64,000 bases of DNA from Candidatus Binatia bacterium (GTDB taxonomy: Bacteria; Desulfobacterota; Binatia; UBA9968; JAJDTQ01), in the NCBI GenBank assembly GCA_963666515.2, contig OY762897.2:1024001-1088000 (forward strand), read 5' to 3'. A program made the translations under genes and the position numbers. The notes beneath the pieces were generated by a model that was not told where the DNA came from, did no database searches, and worked only from the letters and a program-made list of their open reading frames with translations. Position 1 is the first letter of the stretch; every line of letters begins with the position of its first letter. Of the stretch, positions 19,889 to 28,772 are shown piece after piece.

Positions 19889-20138
19889 AACTTATTGATT
19901 TATAACGGCTTTTCCTCAAAGTCCGCGTCTTTCTTTCAATCAGTTCCTTTTCCGTTCCACGCGGGTACAAATTCGCCTGAAGGAGCCGACGGGCATTCCC
20001 GTTGCCGCCCGCTTCACTTCACCCGGCCGTACACGGAACTTGCGCTCCGCCCTGCCAATACGCACACCGGCACGGTCGATACGCTTCTGCACTCGTTTGC
20101 GTACGGCACGGGTCCCGGATGGTCGTTTGTGACTCACG

Positions 20139-21488
20139 GTGACTGACGGAGGGTACGAGATGGTTACGACAGTGCGACGGATGGCTCGCTACGCGCGTTT
20201 CCTTTGGCTCATGGCGGGATTGGCCGGCGCCTCTTCCCCCGCGCTTGCCGACATTGTCGAGCGGCTTCAGGCGGAGTCGTGGACCGTGGCGAGTAGCTGC
20301 GGGACGGAGTTCACCGATGATGCGTCCGTGGGCGCCCGCTGTCTCCTTCGGCACGGCCTTGATTTCATGGTGGACGAAGGGCTGCGCTATGCCGACGCGA
20401 TGGGAAAGGGGGCGTTCGGGGAGCGCTTCCAACTCGTCGGCGACTTGGCTTGGTCTTCGACTTCGACCGGCGTGGGGTTCGAGGGCGTTCTCGATGCCGT
20501 GGTTCCATTCTCCATCTCCGCTTCGTCGGACGGTCCGAGCGCGGGTTCGTCCCTGTTCTTACAGCAGGGAATCACGCGCTGGCAGGACGGTGGCGGCTCA
20601 ATCCGCAACGACCTGCGCCACGGCGTGACCCGCCGTTTCGCGTTGTCGGGTGGTCCGAATCTGGCAGTTGTCGGCGTGTCGCTACTGTACTTGCACAGCG
20701 CAGAATTAGGTCACCGGGTGATGACTCCCGTCGTTGACTACGCGGGACGTTGGGGAACGGGTTCGTTGCGCTACTTCCTGCCGACGACGAGTTGGCGGGC
20801 CGCGCGTCGCGGTTACGAAGAGCGCGCTCTGGAGGGCCTCGAACTCGTGATGCGCCTTGACCTGACGACGACCATCGGGTTGAAAGCGTCCGCCCATCGC
20901 TGGGAGGACGCAGACGGATCAGCTCGGTGGACCACCGGCGCCCGGGTGGGCCTCGACTGGCGTCCCCATCCGTGGCTGAAGCTGGGCGCGGGTTATCATG
21001 GGATCGGCCGGGACGACGATTCTGCATCGTTCCGCGCGATGCTGACGATTCCGTTGGGAGCCGGGTCGAAGCCGCCTCGCTGGGACGGCCTGGGTGTGGT
21101 AGCGCGAGGCTCTTCGCTCGATTACTCGGCACTATGGCGGAGGGTTGAGGACATAGGCCCGATCCGGGTCGCCACACGCGTTAGGACGTTTGACTCCTCC
21201 GGCGACGTAAAGGCCCGATTCCTGCAAGATAGCGTGGGCAGCGGTGAGGCCGTCCAAGTGGAGGTTTCACTTCGAGACGCGGTCCCGCAAGACGTCAAGG
21301 TGATCGTACGCCTAGTGCCGGGGCCGGGGAAGCACCCTGCCGTCGCCGGAGAAGACTTCTTCGATGAGCCAGTCGAGACGACGATAAGGGAAGGCACGAA
21401 GAGTACGGTGGTCTCGATTCCACTCCCGCGAAACCAGCATATCCAGGAGGTCCGAAGCCTGGGCGTTACCGCGTCGGTGGCGTCGTGA
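20139..21488 (+). CDS. Inverse autotransporter (intimin/invasin) beta-domain protein with C-terminal Calx-beta-like domain
   Basis: Signal peptide ending ALA; RYFLPTTSWR...YEERALEGLEL invasin-barrel motif; RRVED..PI; C-terminal VQVEVSL...AVAGEDF. Confidence 0.72.
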   Translation: MTDGGYEMVTTVRRMARYARFLWLMAGLAGASSPALADIVERLQAESWTVASSCGTEFTDDASVGARCLLRHGLDFMVDEGLRYADAMGKGAFGERFQLVGDLAWSSTSTGVGFEGVLDAVVPFSISASSDGPSAGSSLFLQQGITRWQDGGGSIRNDLRHGVTRRFALSGGPNLAVVGVSLLYLHSAELGHRVMTPVVDYAGRWGTGSLRYFLPTTSWRAARRGYEERALEGLELVMRLDLTTTIGLKASAHRWEDADGSARWTTGARVGLDWRPHPWLKLGAGYHGIGRDDDSASFRAMLTIPLGAGSKPPRWDGLGVVARGSSLDYSALWRRVEDIGPIRVATRVRTFDSSGDVKARFLQDSVGSGEAVQVEVSLRDAVPQDVKVIVRLVPGPGKHPAVAGEDFFDEPVETTIREGTKSTVVSIPLPRNQHIQEVRSLGVTASVAS

Positions 21489-22031
21489 CGGGTTGTCACA
21501 ACGGTCCGTATCCTTGCCAAGGAGTCTTGTTGCAATGTCTTGGAAACGCTTCTCGATACAGTCGTTGGCACTCGTCGGTATTGTGGTATCAGGATGTTCT
21601 GGCTCAGGCCCTGATCCATACCGCGGCCCCGTCGTCGGGATAACTCCACCGGGCCTGTCGGTGACTTGGCGGGACGGGTGCGCCGACGGCCGTGAGATCG
21701 ATACGCGTTTCTTCGAGTTCTCGGGTGGAAGACGGACCCGGACGTGGCCATCGGACAGCTCCCGGGTGTACAGGGTCGGGACATCTTCCCGCACGGTCCG
21801 GTTGGACTGCACTCCGGGTCGCACTGTCGCCTACGGCGCACGTCCTCGGGGTATGAGCCAGGGGCAGTACTGGGGACTGGGCTTGGCTGGCGACCAATCC
21901 TGCCCGGCCGGAGTTTCCTGTTCGGTCACGTGTCCGCAAGGGAGTGAAACCTGGAGCATTGGTGCGCTTGTCTGCACACAGCCCACGAACAACCGGCCGG
22001 AGGTGCGGCGGTCGATCCCGAACACTAGAAT

Positions 22032-23891
22032 CCTTGATCGACAGGATCTTGACTCAGGAAGACAAGATATTTGAACTGGACTTCGTTCGTACATGAATAC
22101 TATCGTAGGCCATCGCGAGTTGTAACGCTCGGTAGTTTAAGCGACGAGCTTCGCCTCATCGCAAATGGCATCGAGGTTCCTGGTGATGGCGGCAAAGCGC
22201 CGATGGGTCTTGGTATTGCCGCTCACGGCGTCGGGCGCAAGATGGGCCAGGCCGGGGCGAAGGATGCGGTTGTAGACACGCGTGTAGAACATCGCCACCT
22301 TGAGGCCGTGTTCGGTCAAGTGGTAGCGGTAGGCGCCGGGGATGCGCTCGATCAGGCCGTGCAGGCGCAGGCGTCTCAGGTCGTAACTCATTCGGCCCGG
22401 GCGCATTGGACTGGGATCGAGGCCCAGGAGTGCACCGAGGTGCCCGCGCAGGTCGCGGTTGGAGAAGCCGCGGGCCGAAAGAGTGAACAAGAGCAGGGCC
22501 TGCATCAGAGCCTGCACGCGCTCATCGGCGAAGCGCAGGGCCGAGGCGCGTTGTCCGTGGAACTCCAGGCCGCGTTGATGGCGTTGGAGTTCGTCTTCAC
22601 CCAGGGCACAGTCGTGGCTGATGGTTTCTATCTGCAACAGACGACGGTTGGCTGTGAAGCCGACCTGGCACAACGCCGCCAGGTTAGACAGCCGCCGGCC
22701 CAGGGCGAAGTCATAGGTGTCGTTGACGGTGGTCTCGGTGCGCAGCGCCTGCCCTTCCTTGTGGTACTGCTTGATGCGCGAGTGCTTGTAGTCCACGTGC
22801 AAGGAAGGGGTGACGCCTGCGGTGATGACCCGGGTACGGAACCGACCGGGGGTGCGCCGGGTGACCCGGCGCTGGAAGATCAACTGCACCTGGCTGGGGC
22901 GACCGAGATCGAGGTTCTCGCGGATCACGTCCTCGAAAAAGACGCGGCCCGAGGCCGGGCGGTCGAGCACCTGGGTCAGGCTGAACTCCGCTTGCAGGAT
23001 GGAGATGTCGTAGCGCAGACCGGCGCGACGGTCCTGAGGCGTATACGGATGCGGCAGGCGATCGAACCACTTGCGCGCCAGTCTGTCGATGAAAGCGGCA
23101 TCGAAGCCTTCGCAGATCTGTTGCAGCGCCTCGGGGTCTCCGCAGCAGCGCACGCCGTTGTCCAAAGCCTCGAACGGGATGCCGCGCTCGCGCAACTGGC
23201 ACTTGGCGTACTCGTTGCCGTTGAGGCACAGCTTGCCGTTGTACGGGAAGTAGGTGCAGAACTTGATGAAGAACGGCCCCGCCTGTTTGTCCACGCAATA
23301 GAAATACACATGGTTGACCATCGCGGTAGACGAGACCACCCACGGATAGGTGACCCCGGTGTCCGGGTTCCGGCGCCGCTCGGTGCGCATCACACGGGCC
23401 TTCTCCTGCGCTATCCCGATGTACAAAACCCCTTCGGTTCCCTTGAACCGCCCCAGGTACTCCTGCGTCACCTCGTCCTTGCGCTGGCCCTTCTTGAAGT
23501 GCACCACCTCGATCTGCTCCCGCTCCGCAAAGTCCTTCACCGCCTGCACGAACTCCCGACTCTTGGGCGCCAGCGCCACCGTCGACGCAAACCGCTGGCC
23601 ATGGTGCTTGTGCAGATACCCCACTACCCCGCCCACGCTCTGCAACTGCGGCACATACAGGTTCAAGTACAGGCGATCCACCGACTCGTATTCCAGCGTC
23701 ACGTGATCGCGCAATACTTCCGCTACGGTTTGTGGTAGGCTCATGTCCGGCTCCGGTTGCTTCGGGCTTTTATGCCCATTTGACCCTTTGAGGTCCGACC
23801 TTGCAAGGTCCCATGACCAGGGATTCAATCCCTGCTACAAGCGACCGGAGCCAATCCCCTTACCCCCTCGTCGGTCTGAGGCGAAGCCTCG
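22032..23891 (-). mobile_element. Unclassified IS-like element, 1860 bp, flanked by CTAGAAT direct repeats
   Basis: CTAGAAT at 22025-22031 and 23892-23898; splits a gene; no terminal inverted repeats; hairpins at both ends; single ORF. Confidence 0.9.
22137..23744 (-). CDS. Putative transposase/replication-initiator-like protein (535 aa) with C-terminal winged helix
   Basis: Only credible ORF in the element; ATG 23744 with GGAG RBS; motifs VDRLYLN, QAEFS, IKQYHK...LRTET; wHTH-like RGFSNRDLR...SYDLRRLRLHGLIERIPG..RYHLT. Confidence 0.8.
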   Translation of the reverse strand: MSLPQTVAEVLRDHVTLEYESVDRLYLNLYVPQLQSVGGVVGYLHKHHGQRFASTVALAPKSREFVQAVKDFAEREQIEVVHFKKGQRKDEVTQEYLGRFKGTEGVLYIGIAQEKARVMRTERRRNPDTGVTYPWVVSSTAMVNHVYFYCVDKQAGPFFIKFCTYFPYNGKLCLNGNEYAKCQLRERGIPFEALDNGVRCCGDPEALQQICEGFDAAFIDRLARKWFDRLPHPYTPQDRRAGLRYDISILQAEFSLTQVLDRPASGRVFFEDVIRENLDLGRPSQVQLIFQRRVTRRTPGRFRTRVITAGVTPSLHVDYKHSRIKQYHKEGQALRTETTVNDTYDFALGRRLSNLAALCQVGFTANRRLLQIETISHDCALGEDELQRHQRGLEFHGQRASALRFADERVQALMQALLLFTLSARGFSNRDLRGHLGALLGLDPSPMRPGRMSYDLRRLRLHGLIERIPGAYRYHLTEHGLKVAMFYTRVYNRILRPGLAHLAPDAVSGNTKTHRRFAAITRNLDAICDEAKLVA

Positions 23892-25284
23892 CTAGAATAG
23901 AGGAGAGGCAGACTGCGAGCCTGTCCGGTGTCTTCGTTGACCCCGACGGCGATACGCTCAGCATCTCGGCGACATCGAGCGCGATCGAATACGTGACCGT
24001 GAGCGTGTCGGGAGGTGAGGTCAGGTTTACCGGGAGAAAGGCCGGCTCCGCGACCATAACGGTGACCGCGCGGGACCCCGGCGGCCTGAGCGCCCAGGTT
24101 CGATTTGTCGTGACCGTCAGCACAAGCACAACACCGCCCCGGAACGGCGGCACTAACCTGTTCGCGAAGCATTGTATTCGGTTTGAAAGGAAAGGACAAG
24201 TCGGGTCTCTTAAGGATCCTGACAAGTACGGTTTCCGAAACATTTGCAATCGTAAGGTTATTGTAAACTGGTGTACAGTATCCGGCGCTTCAAGGCTGTG
24301 GCACCGCTGCGTTGGTGAGGGGTATGAGGCTGCGACGACTTTGGACCCTCATGAGATAGCATGGTCTTATAATCCCATTATTGGTGAAGATGATGAACGT
24401 CGTTATACTTACGGTGTCCATTATGCGGCATGTTACTGGCATCACCATGCGGTGGCGGCCGAATTCAATGGAGTTATTCCGACCAAGTACAGGTGCCGTT
24501 GAATGCGGTCTCAACACATGCTGGATTATTCCGCTCGCTCGCCGTGGCGTGGCGACTTTGCCCACACCGGTTGATTACGACATGAAGAGGGGAAAGTGAC
24601 AGATACCCCACCCTCAGGACGACGAGAGTCGTCGGAGCTTTGCTGCTGTAGCTTTCTGGACGCTGAGCGCCGTGCCCTTTTCATTGCAGTTTCACGCTAC
24701 TGGTGGTAGGTTTCGCGAGTTTCGTGGAATTCGGAGACGCAACTTCAGCGCCGTGGTCTGTCGAGCCTGAGGTCTTGGACACCGATGACAATAGGCGCCT
24801 CCGCTCTCTTCTTACGGCGCGATGCGAAAACGCGCCGAAGTCTTCGCGGAAGAGTGAACACCAGGGCCAGGGCGAAGAGACAAGTGAGGGCCGGGACAGG
24901 CGCTGGCCCGACGCCAGTCGCTATGAAAGAGGCATGAAACTCGTTTTGAGCATCGCAGGCGTTTCCGTCGGCGTCATGGGATTGTTCGGTGATTCCCTGC
25001 AGCCGGCCCGGATACCCGACGTCCTCGTCCGCATTCTCGGAACGGGGAGTTCGGTTTCGACCTACCTGGCCGTGCTTCTGTTCCTGGCCTTTCTCCACTT
25101 CCCGAATATCCTCAGACTCGCGGCTCCAGGTAGTCGGCAGGACTCTGTAGGGGCGCTGGTCGCCACCACAGGGGTCTATCTCAACGCAGGCTCCCTGCGT
25201 GCGCTGTTGAAGGTGGAGGCGAGGCATGGTGCGGCCGGTTGTGGATGTTGAACTGTACAAGTTGAAAAGCTCCCCCGCTCTGGC

Positions 25285-25314
25285 TTGACACCCCGAAAGA
25301 TACGTGGATAAAGT
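25285..25314 (+). promoter_or_regulatory. Putative sigma70 promoter of the tctC array
   Basis: TTGACA-18 bp-TAAAGT upstream of AGGAGG RBS. Confidence 0.45.
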
Positions 25315-25352
25315 CTCCCGGTGCGAAAGATCAACCCTGACAGGAGGTACCG

Positions 25353-26372
25353 ATGAGACTATTCATGGCCATGATGGCCCTGCTTTTGGCTGTCATGATA
25401 TCGAGTCCGCTCCACGGCGCGGATTTCTACAAGGGCAAGAAGATACGCCTGATCGTGTCGTCGTCTCCGGGCGGCGGTAACGATACCTACTCCCGGCTCA
25501 TCGCGCGGCACATCTCCCGGCATATTCCGGGCAATCCTTCCATCATCGTTCAGAACATGCCGGGCGCGGGCGGCGTCATGGCGGCGGATTACCTTTACCG
25601 CAAGGCCAAGCGGGACGGCACCGTGATGGAGCAGATCAACTGGGGCGTGTGGTTCCACCAGGTGGTCGGCGACAAGCGCGCCCGTTTCGACTTCAACAAG
25701 ATCAACGCCCTCGGCGTCGCCGCCATCGAGAGCGCCATCCTTTTCACCCGCAAGAGCGAGTTCCCCACCTGGGAGTCGGTGATGGCCTCCAAGAAGCTCA
25801 TCACCAGCGGCAACAGCGGGCGCCAGTCGCTGGGCCACACCATGGGCAAGGTGATGGAGAAGCTCGTCGGCAAGAAGATCTTCGACTACATCTTCGGTTA
25901 TCCCGGCGCGCGCCAGTACAGTCTCGCGTTCCGGCAGGGCGAGGTGCAGTCTTCCGGCAACACCCCGGGCTCGTTCAGGGACCAGCTAGGCGACATGTGG
26001 GACGATGGCAAGATTGCCATGCTGGTGCAGGCCCCCACGCCCGAGGGAGGCAGGACCAAGGAGTTCCCGAACACGCCGACGTTGCTGGACTTCGCCAAGA
26101 CCGCCGAGCACCGGCAACTCATCAAGGTGACCTTCGGCCTCACGCACTACGGCCGTCCGTACGCGATGCCGCCGGGCACGCCCAAGGACCGTGTCGAGCT
26201 CATGCGCAAGGCCTTCACCGCCACCATGAACGACCCCAAGTTCCTGGCGGAGGCCAAGCGGCTCAAGCGCGACATCATCCCGTCCACGGGCGCCCAGCTC
26301 CAGCAGCTCTGGAAGGACGTCCTCAGCGCGCCACCCGAGAACGTGGCCATCATCAAGGACATCTGGCTGTAG
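25353..26372 (+). CDS. tctC: TctC/Bug family substrate-binding protein (copy 1)
   Basis: Signal peptide, FYKGKKIRLIVSSSPGGGND, VQNMPGAGG, GRPYAMPPGTP. Confidence 0.92.
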   Translation: MRLFMAMMALLLAVMISSPLHGADFYKGKKIRLIVSSSPGGGNDTYSRLIARHISRHIPGNPSIIVQNMPGAGGVMAADYLYRKAKRDGTVMEQINWGVWFHQVVGDKRARFDFNKINALGVAAIESAILFTRKSEFPTWESVMASKKLITSGNSGRQSLGHTMGKVMEKLVGKKIFDYIFGYPGARQYSLAFRQGEVQSSGNTPGSFRDQLGDMWDDGKIAMLVQAPTPEGGRTKEFPNTPTLLDFAKTAEHRQLIKVTFGLTHYGRPYAMPPGTPKDRVELMRKAFTATMNDPKFLAEAKRLKRDIIPSTGAQLQQLWKDVLSAPPENVAIIKDIWL

Positions 26373-26410
26373 GGTATCGACACGCTGTTGAGCGGTACTT
26401 ACTGTAAGGC

Positions 26411-26447
26411 GGCGCCGGGAGTGAAGGCTCCCGGCGCCTCAAAAAAA
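26411..26447. terminator. GC-rich stem-loop between tctC copies 1 and 2
   Basis: GGCGCCGGGAG/CTCCCGGCGCC followed by A7; no U-tract on the + strand. Confidence 0.55.
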
Positions 26448-26461
26448 CCAGGGAGGTAACA

Positions 26462-27502
26462 ATGAAGGCAGTATTGGGTCTCGCGACGCTCGCGTTGTTC
26501 CTTTTCGGAGTTGGAAACGCGGCGGCGGCGGACTTCTACAAGGGCAAGAAGATCCGGCTGATCGTTTCGTCTTCGCCCGGCGGCGGCAACGACACCTACT
26601 CGCGGCTGTTGGCGCGTCACATCGGCCGGCACATACCGGGAAACCCCTCCATCATCGTGCAGAACATGCCGGGAGCCGGCGGCGTCCGCGCGGCCAGCTA
26701 CCTTTACAACAAGGCGAAGCGCGACGGCACCGTCATGGAGCAGATCAACTGGGGCGTGTGGAACTGGCAGGTGGTGGGTGACAAGGCTCGTGGCAGCCAG
26801 TTCGACTTCAACAAGATGCAGGCCATCGGCGTCATCATCATCGAGAACGGTCTGATCTACAGCCGCAAGGACCGCTTCAAATCGCTGGACGACATCAAGA
26901 AGTCGGGCAAGCTGGCCAGGGTGGGCATCAGCGGCAACCAGTCCAGCGGCTTCGTGATCGGCAACATCCTCGAGAAGCTGCGCGGCGAGACGCTGTTCGA
27001 GTACGTCTTCGGCTATCCCGGCGCGCGCCAGTACAGCCTCGCGTTCCGGCAGGGCGAGGTGGACGTCTCGGGCAACGTGACTTCCTCGTTCATGGATCAG
27101 CTCGGGGACATGTGGAAGGCGGGGGACATCATCATGCTCGCCCAGACCGGTACGGTGAAGGGAGAGAAGGCCCCGGAGTTCCCGAACGCTCCGTTGCTCG
27201 AGGACTTGGCCAAGACCGAGAAGCAGAAGAACCTGGTGCGGGCGACTTTCCTGCTTTCTCGCTACGGGCGGCCGTACGCCTTCCCCCCGGGAGTTCCCGC
27301 GGACCGCGTCGCGCTCGTGCGCAAGGCGTTTGACGCCACCATGAAGGACCCGAAGTTCATCGCGGAAGGCAAGAAGCTCGGCCGCGACGTCGACCCCACC
27401 AGCGGTGCGGACCTGCAAAAGATGTGGAAGGATTCGCTGGGCGCCTCGCCGGAGGACAAGGCCATCGTGTCGCAGATCTTCAACCCCAAGGGCAAGAAGT
27501 AG
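26462..27502 (+). CDS. tctC: TctC/Bug family substrate-binding protein (copy 2)
   Basis: Same motifs as copy 1; RBS GGAGG. Confidence 0.92.
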   Translation: MKAVLGLATLALFLFGVGNAAAADFYKGKKIRLIVSSSPGGGNDTYSRLLARHIGRHIPGNPSIIVQNMPGAGGVRAASYLYNKAKRDGTVMEQINWGVWNWQVVGDKARGSQFDFNKMQAIGVIIIENGLIYSRKDRFKSLDDIKKSGKLARVGISGNQSSGFVIGNILEKLRGETLFEYVFGYPGARQYSLAFRQGEVDVSGNVTSSFMDQLGDMWKAGDIIMLAQTGTVKGEKAPEFPNAPLLEDLAKTEKQKNLVRATFLLSRYGRPYAFPPGVPADRVALVRKAFDATMKDPKFIAEGKKLGRDVDPTSGADLQKMWKDSLGASPEDKAIVSQIFNPKGKK

Positions 27503-27534
27503 CACCTGTCAGGACTGCCGGGTGCAGTAAATCG

Positions 27535-27572
27535 GGGTGCCGGGGGCCGAGTGTCCCCGGCACCCTTCGTTT
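27535..27572 (+). terminator. Stem-loop/weak terminator between tctC copies 2 and 3
   Basis: GGGTGCCGGGG/CCCCGGCACCC followed by TTCGTTT. Confidence 0.6.
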
Positions 27573-27590
27573 GAAAGCCGGGAGGTGACC

Positions 27591-28631
27591 ATGAAGGCTG
27601 TACTGAGTCTCGTAATGCTCGCGCTGTTCCTGTTCGGCGCGGGCCCGGCAGGGGCGGCGGACTTCTACAAGGGCAAGAAGATCCGGCTGATCGTCTCGTC
27701 TTCGCCCGGCGGCGGCAACGACACCTACTCGCGGCTGCTGGCGCGTCATCTTGGCAGAAACATTCCGGGAAACCCTTCCATCATCGTGCAGAACATGCCG
27801 GGGGCCGGCGGCGTGCGCGCGGCCAGCTACCTCTACAACAAGGCCAGGCGCGACGGCACGGTCATGGAGCAGATCAACTGGGGGGTGTGGAACTGGCAGG
27901 TGGTGGGCGACAAGAAGCGCGGCGGCCAGTTCGACTTCAACAAGATGAACGCCATCGGCGTCATCGTCATCGAGAATGGCCTCTTCTACACCCGGAAGGA
28001 CCGCTTCAAGTCGCTGGACGAGATCAAGCAGTCGGGCAAGCTGGCCCGGGTCGGCATCAGCGGCAACCAATCCGGCGGCTTCGTCATGGGCAACATCCTG
28101 GAGAAGCTGCGCGGCGAGAAGCTGTTCGAGTATGTCTTCGGCTATCCGGGGGCGCGCCAGTACAGTCTCGCGCTCAGGCAGGGCGAGGTGGACGCCTCCG
28201 GCAACGTGACCTCGTCGTTTCTGGATCAGCTCGGCGACATGTGGCACGAAGGGAAGCTCGTCATGCTCGCCCAGACCGGCACGGTGGAGGGCAAGAAGGC
28301 TCCCGAGTTCCCGGACGCTCCGTTGCTGGAGGACATGGCCAAGACCGAGAAACAGAAGAACCTCGTAAAGGCCACCTTCCTGCTCTCGCGCTACGGGCGT
28401 CCCTACTCCATGCCGCCGGGAGTGCCGGCGGAGCGCGTCGCGCTGGTGCGCAAGGCCTTCGACGCGACCATGAAGGACCCCAAGTTCCTGGCGGAGGCCA
28501 AGAAGCTCAAGCGTCCGGTCAACCCCACGAAGGGCGCGGACCTCCAGAGGATGTGGAAGGATTCGATCGCCGCCTCACCGGAAGACAAGGCCATCGTGTC
28601 GCAGATATTCAACCCCAAGGGCGGGAAGTAG
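27591..28631 (+). CDS. tctC: TctC/Bug family substrate-binding protein (copy 3)
   Basis: ATG 27591 with GGAGG RBS; close paralog of copy 2. Confidence 0.92.
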   Translation: MKAVLSLVMLALFLFGAGPAGAADFYKGKKIRLIVSSSPGGGNDTYSRLLARHLGRNIPGNPSIIVQNMPGAGGVRAASYLYNKARRDGTVMEQINWGVWNWQVVGDKKRGGQFDFNKMNAIGVIVIENGLFYTRKDRFKSLDEIKQSGKLARVGISGNQSGGFVMGNILEKLRGEKLFEYVFGYPGARQYSLALRQGEVDASGNVTSSFLDQLGDMWHEGKLVMLAQTGTVEGKKAPEFPDAPLLEDMAKTEKQKNLVKATFLLSRYGRPYSMPPGVPAERVALVRKAFDATMKDPKFLAEAKKLKRPVNPTKGADLQRMWKDSIAASPEDKAIVSQIFNPKGGK

Positions 28632-28657
28632 TACCGGTCGAGAACAACCGGAGTCAC

Positions 28658-28702
28658 AAAGAAGGGCGCCGGGGACATGCAGTCCCCGGCGCCCTTTGTA
28701 TT
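28658..28702. terminator. Bidirectional intrinsic terminator
   Basis: AAGGGCGCCGGGGAC/GTCCCCGGCGCCCTT with A-rich 5' and T-rich 3' flanks, between convergent genes. Confidence 0.75.
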
Positions 28703-28713
28703 CTGGTCGGAAT

Positions 28714-28740
28714 CGTCATTCCGGCGAAAGCCGGAATCCA
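28714..28740. repeat. CGTC-type REP
   Basis: Identical to 11792-11818. Confidence 0.92.
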
Positions 28741-28772
28741 GGGGGTGGGGGAGGGGCGGGGCCGAACCCCGG

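Larger units (their letters stand above)
21535..24502 (+). pseudogene. Cys-rich lipoprotein with cadherin/Ig-like domain, interrupted by an insertion element
   Basis: Lipobox VSGC; removing 1867 nt joins NNRPEVRRSIPNTRI to EERQTASLSGVFVDPDGDTL...TITVTARDPGGL in frame, giving 366 aa. Confidence 0.88.

Noticed and set aside
22071-23738. 555-aa plus-strand ORF inside the element
   Set aside because: Antisense shadow of the minus-strand ORF; no motifs, typical of GC-rich DNA
23749-23852. tRNA gene (cloverleaf-like fold)
   Set aside because: No T-loop GTTC or D-loop consensus, four internal arms and a 14-bp closing stem; it belongs to the element end
24703-25260. Overlapping 182-aa and 171-aa ORFs
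   Set aside because: No recognisable domain or clear RBS; may be a remnant of a membrane-protein gene but cannot be supported
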